Origin: Octopus vulgaris
Lineage: Eukaryota
Assembly (NCBI GenBank): GCA_951406725.2
Contig: OX597815.1
Coordinates: forward strand, 145,514,001 to 145,578,000
Direction of reading: 5' to 3'
Length of the DNA: 64,000 nt
Shown here: positions 55,656 to 64,000 of the stretch, one piece after another
Layout of the letters: the number at the start of each line of letters is the position of its first letter
Position numbering within the stretch: the first letter of the stretch is position 1
Translations under genes and position numbers: made by a program
Notes under the pieces: model-generated
The model's database searches: none
Told to the model about the DNA's origin: nothing
Seen by the model: only the letters and a program-made list of their open reading frames with translations

Positions 55656-55693
<38 letters not shown>

Positions 55694-55830
55694 TAGATAG
55701 ATATATATGTGTTTGTGTGTGGTGTGTGTGTAGGTACAAGAGGTGGTCAGACTCTGCATAAGAAGTAGACATGGTCATATATCTATCTATATATACATAG
55801 ATACGTGACTGTAGATTCATACGTAAATAC

Positions 55831-55952
<122 letters not shown>

Positions 55953-56688
55953 GTGTGTGTGTGTATGTATGTATACTTTTTAATAATACAGTTGCGTATT
56001 TTCTAGAAGATCAATTTCCGAATGTAGAAAATACTGTCATGAAGACATAGAAAAAAATACCCCAAAAAACAACAACAAAAAATGAAAACATTGAAGAAAA
56101 TCTTCGTGTAAAGTATTTCGCAGTTATGAGAAGTTTCTTTTCTGATATCGTTGTCTTTGTGGAAAAGATTAGACCGTAAAAATAAAATGAAATGAATATT
56201 TTTTCTATCTCCTTCTCCATCATCTTCATTATCTTCATATTCTTATGTTACCATGTCACATAGATAATTTGTATGATACATTCATCAAAGATTGATTGAC
56301 AGTATTTTTTTCTGTTTTTCTTTAATTTTGGCATTAACATGATATTCAGTCTTGTTAGTTTATATGTTATGTATTTCCCAGTCACATTTTCGCATCCATA
56401 TTAAAAATCTTTTACTCTGTCTTAGGTCAATCCTGTTTCCTATTATTTTTATTATTTTTTCCTCAAATAAAATTCCAGTACTCATTTTTATAAAATAACA
56501 AAGTGAATATCATTTTGCTTTTTTTTTCTCATTCCCGAAATAATTTTCGCTGCTATTCATTTGTTAATTTGAATTATATTCATATCTTTATCACTTTCGC
56601 CATTTTAATGTCCTGGGCATATTTCCTTATGTATTTATTATCGTTAAAAATGTTCCTTTTCTTTTTCCCCCTTAACGAAATCGTTATT

Positions 56689-57079
56689 TTAAAGGACACT
56701 TTCAATTTCTCGGTTGTCAACTTCAATGTAATAATTTCCATTATGATATCTTGTTTTACCCGCCTGAGGTTTTGGTTCTTCGTCTACAGACATGGCTGTC
56801 GTATAACTTGGCGAGCGCCTGAAAACCTGTTTGTTTAAATGGGGCGTGCCCGTTGATAGCTGTGTTGTGTTAGTTTGATCATCAGCAGGATCTGACAACA
56901 GCACCGGAACCGAAACTGGTTCCATTAGTTCACATTTATAGCCTTTCTTCATCGGAGAATCCTCATTATCGTTGTCTTCTTTGAATTTAATGGCTTTCTT
57001 CGTTTCGCGTGCACAGGGATTGTAGCAGTCTGATTGCAATTTCCAAACGGCACCAGGCTCCGGAGTAATTCCGCACGAT
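56689..57079 (-). CDS. Probable terminal coding exon of a host gene (about 129 aa tail ending in class I PDZ-binding motif IESVL)
   Basis: Non-repetitive ORF preceded on minus by a polypyrimidine tract and TTTTAG acceptor (AG at 57081-57080); stop at 56689-56691; AT-rich unique sequence downstream consistent with a 3' UTR. Confidence 0.65.
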
Positions 57080-58077
57080 CTAAAATAACAAGATATAAAA
57101 AAAATTACAGAAGGCCAAAAGCCATACAAGACAAAAAATCAATACACTGTCAAATGGTAAATTTTAATTAATATTGGATTTTTAACTCATTTCAAACGTT
57201 CTGCATTTTAGGAATAGGAGGAAGGAGGCTAATGTGACATTTTGTCTTTCCTAAAGTTATTAGCTCCAATGGAGACTACAAAAGTGAAGACTTATATTTT
57301 AAATAAAATTACACCACTGACAATGTGAAGTAATTACACGAAGCATTTTCAATAGAAGAAATGTCATAACATAAATGTAGCAATAATATATTTATGTTCT
57401 AAAGAATAGCGAAAACATTAACAAGAACAAAAACAATTGTTTCTTAATTAGACTTAGATTTAGAGTTAGATTCAAGTGCTTGTTATTTGTTAGATGTAGG
57501 AGCAGGTATGGCTGTGTGGTTAAGATGCACGCTTCGCAAGGAAGTGGTTTTGATTTTAGTCCAACCGCGCAGCATTTGAGTTGGTGTCTTCTACTACAGC
57601 CCCGGGCCGATCAATGCTTCGGGAGTGTGACTAATGGAACCTTGAGATTATTTTTACTTCTCAAGTGGCGCTAGTCTCAATTGCTTTCAGGTCAACTTTT
57701 TATGGACTACCTGAAATTCTTTAGGAACAATGAAAAGCAGCTTAGTTCACTGCTACCAATCAAGGCTTCGCTGCTCATCAGACCGAGCAGGGAAAACTGT
57801 CAAGGAATCGGCCGCTCTCTGACTGGTTTGTGATCGAGTCTAAGGCAGTGGAAATCTCCGGTGTTCTTAGTCCCCGAGCCATATTTCTGCCCTCTGCTGT
57901 TGGGATAGAGATGGCTGTCTGCTAGTGGCCATTCTCCAGAGTAGCGACTTTTCCATTTTGTCCGCTGTGGTCATAAGGCTGACTGACAAGTCCTTTTAGA
58001 TTATTGCTTTGTTTCTACACTATTTTCACTATTACCAACTCTACATAAATAGATTTTTATAATAGTATTTCAAATTA

Positions 58078-58330
58078 GACTCACTGATTCAAACAGTGCA
58101 TTGCTTTAGCGTAGACATTAGAATGCAGTCTGGACTGAAAAAGTGATGAGTGTTGATTCTAAAAAAGAGGTAAAGTCCAACACGAGGATAGGGTGAAGTT
58201 GCCTTCGAGGCAGGTAATGAAGAGACTAGAGAAAGAAGGATACATGTGTTTGGGCATATTAGAAAAACGTAAATGAAGAAAAATGACGGAAAGACAAATG
58301 AAGAAACTCTATGAAGATAACCTTATCAAG
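58078..58330 (+). mobile_element. R4/Dong-like reverse transcriptase fragment
   Basis: SLIQTVHCFSVDIRMQSGLKK..KRGKV..KLP..GYMCLGILE resembles the RT domain 6-7 region of R4-type LINEs. Confidence 0.7.
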
Positions 58331-58493
58331 TGAAGAAAATATTCTCTCAGGAGTATTACAGAAGGCTGAATTTGGTTTTGAAAACCAAAGTCAGACATAA
58401 CAGTCTTTTGAATACCCAAGGCAGACATAACTGCGCTCGGCATTGCAGTGAAAGCATGTGATAAAAATAAGACAACTGAATAATAATAAGAGA

Positions 58494-58893
58494 ATATGAA
58501 GCCGGACATAGTCTTAATTGAGAAAGAAAACAAACTATGCTGGATCATAGATATAGCATGCCCTACTGACAACAAGGTATGCGATAAGGAAGAAAGAAAA
58601 GTTGAGAGATATGATAGATTAGCTTGGGAAGTTAAGCAATTGTGGTCGATGAAAAAGGTAGCAGTAGTACTAATAATTGTCGGAGCCCTGGGCACAGTGA
58701 GCAAAAATTTCGAGAAGTACGTGGAACAAATTGGGGCAGTAATAAGGGTGGAGTACTTGCAGAAAACAGCACTGCTTGGAACTGCTCGAATAGTCCGAAG
58801 GGTACTCGAAAACTTAGAGGTGTTACCTTAGTTCACTGGTAGTGAACAGGTGACACTGTAGTACATCTCCAGCGTTAGTAGCTGTGCAAAGGC
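58494..58893 (+). mobile_element. R4/Dong-like LINE 3' end (family D) with intact RLE motif
   Basis: KPDIVLIEKENKLCWIIDIACP.D.KV..KE..KVERY..LQKTALLGTARIVRRVLE + (TAA)n. Confidence 0.88.
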
Positions 58894-58948
<55 letters not shown>

Positions 58949-59065
58949 GTAATAATAATAATAATAACCTGGAACCTACATACATTGGAAGCTATGCCAA
59001 CATTATGGACAGAGCTGCGCTCGGTAGTGAAGTGAAAGCACGCTATAAAAATAAAAATAAAACTA

Positions 59066-59097
<32 letters not shown>

Positions 59098-59149
59098 GAA
59101 GAAGAAGAATAAGAAGAATAAGAAAAATAAGAATAAGAATAAGAATAAG

Positions 59150-59415
59150 CAAAGTATCTAGCCATTGAATTACACAGAGACTCTGGAAAGTGCGGGTAAA
59201 ATATATACCAGTAGTTATAGGCGCATTGAGAACTATCCCTAAAGATTTAAACAGATGGATAAAGGAAATAAGCACAAAACCCAGTTTAGTATGGCTCCAG
59301 AAAACATTGTTATTAGGGACAGCTAAGATACTTAGGAGGGTTCTTGGCATCTAAATTTAAGTGCTGTAGCCCGATGTTTTCTTTTCTAACAGTATAATCT
59401 ATTGTGTATATGAAT
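59150..59415 (+). mobile_element. R4/Dong-like LINE 3' end (further family)
   Basis: QRLWKVRVKYIPVVIGALRTIP..LQKTLLLGTAKILRRVLGI*. Confidence 0.75.
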
Positions 59416-59436
59416 AATAATAATGATTATAATAGT

Positions 59437-60424
59437 GCCCTGATGCAGTACCAAGCAGTGGCTCTCATGGCTTCTGATCGTAACTGATTGGAAGTGTTAT
59501 CACGTACATTCTTTTGTCTTGGTATAAAAGAAAGCTACAGTAAATATTCGGCTCAATACCACAGATTTACTTGTCAGTTGTTTGATCTTAACCAGCTGAG
59601 CACTTCCCTTAGTGGCTGACGATATGCGCATCTCTACTCACGAGCAGAAGTAGCGGAGGAGCATCATAGCCATGTGTTGAGAGGAATTCTTTGGAGCTTG
59701 GAAAATTCATCTCTGGAAATAGGGACCTTTTGAGCGGGATAGTCTACTCAGCCTGAAAAAAATTCTGACTGGGCCCCACCTGCAAGGTCATGCACTTTTT
59801 ATCTTGATATGAAATCACCATGTCCTGCACTTATAGTTGTGATGTTTGTGCCTGGTGTACCCTTATCGAATGGGTAGTCATGATGGGCTTCGTATGTTTT
59901 ACCCTAGTGTCACCTTGATGGCATGCACGGCTAATAATCATGTACATTGTTTTGTCTTGGTATAAAAGATGGGCTACAGCAAATATTCTGCTCAATACCA
60001 CAGATTTGCTTGTCAGTTGTTTGACCTTAACCAGTTGAGCATGTCCCTTAGTGGCTGACGATATGTGCATCTCTGATCACGAGCAGAAGAAGTGGGGGAG
60101 CATCATAGCCATGTGTTGAGAAGGATTCTTTGGGGTTTGAATAATTCACCTCTGGAAACATGGGTGTTTCGTTCAACGTCCTTAAACAACCCTTATTCAG
60201 GGACCTTTTGAGCGGGATGGGTTACGCGATCTGAAGAAAATTCTAACTGGGCTCCACCTGCAAGGTCATGTGCTGTTTATCTTGATATGAGATCACCATG
60301 TCGCGCACATATGGTTGTGATGCATGTGCCTGGTGTACCCTTATCAGACGGGTAGTCATGATGGGTATACTGGGCTTCGTATATTTTACCCCTGTGTCTG
60401 ATGGCATGGACTGCTATCTCACTC
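59437..60424 (+). mobile_element. Two tandem copies (4 and 5) of the ~570 bp non-coding repeat
   Basis: 59437-59930 and 5'-truncated 59937-60424, ending in (AAT)n. Confidence 0.85.
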
Positions 60425-60480
<56 letters not shown>

Positions 60481-60482
60481 TG

Positions 60483-60516
<34 letters not shown>

Positions 60517-60599
60517 TTAAAATAATATTTGAAAAGGATTGACGTAATTCGTCACAAAGGTAAATAGACAATACGAAGAGGATGATGCGATTGCCATAG

Positions 60600-62720
60600 A
60601 TGTTTTATAGGTTGAACGATATTTCGACAGCTAGCTCTTGTCGAGTTCAAAATGAAAAGTGATATATAGAAATTCAAATGCAAAGTTTGAGCGAGCCAAC
60701 CAGCGTTCCCACATTGATGTAATGACATAATCAGAAAATGTAAACATTTTCAAATTTACAACTGGTAAAAAGGAAAAGAAAGAGATAAAAGAAAAGAACA
60801 GAAAAAAGCAGAATATTTAATCAAAGTTTTGTGTAAGTATGATGATATTCTGTCATTTTATTTATCCCTCTAGAGCGTGATGTTAACTCCCAAGTATATT
60901 TCTTCTCATGCATTTTGAGGACTGAGAACGTAGCAGATTGAGAATATTTTCTGAGAATAGGTACTTTCAAGTCTTTTTCAAAATTGCGGCCGTTTGAAAC
61001 GAAATGTTCGGCAAGTTCTGTCGAACTACTGTTATTTTGCCTGACGTTGAATCTGTGACCATTGAACCTTTTGTCTAATTGTTCAGTTGCACAACCAACA
61101 TAAACCAAGTTGTGTTTGGTGCATTCTGCTGCGTACTCCAAATGGAAATCTCTACACGTCCCACATTCCGTATAAGTCATAACATTTCTGTTATGATTCC
61201 TGACAAAATCAGCACAATGAACAGGGCTTACATCTCTTGCGACTGTTTTTCAAGGTATAGCGTGCAGAAACTCCAATGTTAGTTTTCTTGGAGTCAAAAG
61301 TTGGGGTTAATAGTTCTCTTATATTTTTATTTCGTCTAAAGGCTACAATAGGCGGCTGAGGGAATATATGCTTGAAGCGAGGATATTTTCCCGCAACTTG
61401 CTGCTAACTTTCATGCAACATCTTGTAAATGCCAGCGCAATTTCGGTGACAGTTAATCACCAAGGGAATTCTGTCACATAATTTACTTTGCTACAATTAT
61501 GTGTGAAAGTTTGACTTTCTTTGCTAATCTTAGCTATGTCATTTGCAATTTCCTTTAATCGTGATTCATCATAACCGCGTTTGACATAATGGTATACAAA
61601 AATATTTGCATGATTCTAGTAATCCCTTATGTCAGTACAAATCCGTTTTATCCTCAAAAATTAGGATTTCAGATTTGACCGAATTAAATGATGTGGATGA
61701 TCAGAGTGGCGGTGGAGGTAAATATAGGATGACGTGACTTGCAAAATAACTCTGTCACTAAAATGCCTCCAGAAAGCTTAACTTTTGTGTCCAAAAATTC
61801 AACGATAGTGTTTGAAAAACTAGACGCAACTTTTATGCTAGACTTAAAGCCATAGATTTTAGTGTAACGCTCACAGAAATGTAAGAAGTCAATTAAACTA
61901 TCCTGGATCTTTCCCATACAAAAAAGACTTCATCAATGAACTGTAACCAGAGTACTGGTTCATGACCATGTAAGGATTTGAATGTCTTCAGTGACTGTGT
62001 CTCGAATTTTGTCATCAAGACATTAGCAAAATTAATTGCCATGAGTGTAACCATGGCGCAACCCTTCATATGGTGGTAAAACTTTTGTCCAAATTTCATT
62101 GTGTTACTTTGTAACACAAACCTCAATAATCTACAGAGAAAATTTGATGGAATACTTTTGTTTGACCGCATTTCGAAGGCATCCATGCATGCTTCTACCC
62201 CTTCATCGTGGTCAATATTGGGATATAAGAAAGAAACATCCATGGTTACCAAAAACAGTTTTCAACATGGCTTCGGTGCTTAAAAAGTTGTTGATTTTAG
62301 ACACAAAATCAAAGGTATCCTGAATATAGGAACTTGATCTTTTTGCGACAGACCGTAGAAAGTTGTCTAGCCACTCCGAAATTTTGAATGTGCAACATTC
62401 ATATCCGCTGCAAATTGGGTGCATTGGAGGAAATCTTTCGAACGTTTTGTGTATTTTGGGGAGACCATAAGATATAGATGTTCTTTGTGACCGTAAAATT
62501 CTGGATTCGGTCTTATTAATGACATTATTTTACTTCATATCCAGAATTATTTTATCAAGTTCTTCTCTGTAATTGGGGTTTGGATCAACAGGTAATTCTT
62601 CATATGACGTTTTGTCGCTTAAAACTTCTTCACAAACCGAAATATACTCACATTTGTCCATAATCACAATGTCGCCTCCCTTATCTGCCATTTTAATAAC
62701 AATAGAATCATTATTAGCTA
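60600..62720 (-). mobile_element. Penelope-like retroelement remnant (RT + GIY-YIG endonuclease)
   Basis: IKMADKGGDIVIMD, YGLPKIHK, TMDVSFLYPNIDH, G.AM...A..FAN, LQFIDEVFFVW, VEFLD (PLE RT); NLVYVGCATEQLDKRFNGHR..LAEHF (GIY-YIG). Confidence 0.9.
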
Positions 62721-62741
62721 GACAATGGAGTGATAACGATG

Positions 62742-63025
62742 GAAACTTGATTTATGTTGGTTGTACAACAGAACAATTAAACATAAGATTCAATGGGCAA
62801 GAGATATGACGTCAGGCACAATAATAGTATTTCGACAGAACTTGCCGAACATTTTACATCAAACGGCTGCAATTTTGAAAAAGACTTGAAAGTGCATATT
62901 CTCAGAAAATATTCTCAATCTGCTACACATTCAGTACTCAAAATGCATGAGGAGAAATGCGTTTGTGAGTTATTGACATAACGTCCTGAATACATGAATA
63001 AAATGGTAGGAGAATTTCATCATAC
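62742..63025 (+). mobile_element. Inverted second copy of the Penelope GIY-YIG C-terminal region
   Basis: NLIYVGCTTEQLNIRFNG..STELAEHFTSNGCNFEKDLKVHILRKYSQSAT is homologous to 60821-61110 in the opposite orientation. Confidence 0.85.
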
Positions 63026-63097
63026 GGACCGCGAAAGTATGACCCATCGATCTTTTCCGAAACAACTTTCTTGTCTTTTTCTTTTTTCTTTATTTTC

Positions 63098-63144
<47 letters not shown>

Positions 63145-63368
63145 CTTTATACCAGCTGTAAACTTGAAAACTGAAGATTGATGATGTCATTCCATCAACC
63201 TGGGAACGCTGGTTGCCTCGTTCAGATTTTGTATTTGAATTTCTATAATTTCGTATTTCTGTGTACCACTTTTCCTTTTGAGCTTCACAAAGACAGGATA
63301 AACTATCGAAATATTGTTCAACCAATAAAACATCTATTATAATCGCATCGCGCCCGTCGTATTGCCTC

Positions 63369-63399
<31 letters not shown>

Positions 63400-63429
63400 G
63401 AAGAAGAAGAAGAAGAAGAAAGAGAATAA

Positions 63430-64000
63430 GAAATCAATAGCAAAGATAATGCGCTTGAACATTTGGCTGATAGGTGGGAACAAAAACATCTGCATGGCAA
63501 ATATGTGACCTGTAGCAAAGAAGCTGATGTAGGCCAGAAGCACACCCATCAGTGGCTACGGAGCTCAGGGCTAAAGGCAGAGAGTGAAGGCTTTATCTTG
63601 ACTGCCCAAGATCACAACTTATTGACCCGGAACTATCAAGCCAATGTGATGAAAAATAGTATAGATCCAAAGTGCCAATACTGCAACAAAGGGATAAAAA
63701 CAGTCGACCACCTAATCTCTTGATGTAAGGTTTTATCACCTGTAGAGTACAAATCAAGACACGAAAGAGTTGGCAAATATCTATATTGGATAATGTGTCG
63801 GCATTATAAAATCAAAACTGCTGACAAATGGTACAAACACCACTCTGAGGCTGTAACTGAGGGAGAAAATGTAACTATTCTTTGGGTCTTCCCAGTATGT
63901 ATAGATCGGACCATCAAGGCAAATAAACTAGATATTGTTGTGAAAGACAAAAGCAATAAAGTCTGTTTATTGATTGACATGAGCATACCCTGTGACTATA
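63430..64000 (+). mobile_element. R4/Dong-like LINE fragment (CCHC + RLE start), runs off the window
   Basis: LHGKY..QWLRSSGLKAESEGFILTAQD..DPKCQYC..TVDHLIS.C..RH..V..ANKLDIVV..LLIDMSIP. Confidence 0.88.

Overview
AT-rich, repeat-saturated eukaryotic DNA; the SINE families and the (TA)n/(TAA)n/(TATC)n landscape look like an octopus/coleoid cephalopod genome (inference from recognising the repeats, not from a search). Most ORFs in the supplied track are microsatellite artefacts. Supported content: decayed Tx1/L1-clade, RTE-clade and R4/Dong-clade LINE fragments, a Penelope-like element (RT + GIY-YIG), a Tc1 transposase remnant, a non-autonomous Helitron, several tRNA-derived SINE families and one plausible host terminal coding exon (56689-57079, minus, ending ...IESVL). 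The most interesting unexplained structure is a set of short non-coding elements carrying minimal hammerhead-ribozyme (HHR) motifs. They occur as inverted arms around microsatellites or as partial tandems, and one copy has a tRNA-like head. Also notable: tandem ORF1-only zinc-knuckle units that each keep a structurally conserved ~55-60 nt hairpin just downstream of a candidate splice donor, and apparent partitioning of LINE families between (TATC)n and (TAA)n targets. All coordinates and alignments were read by eye.
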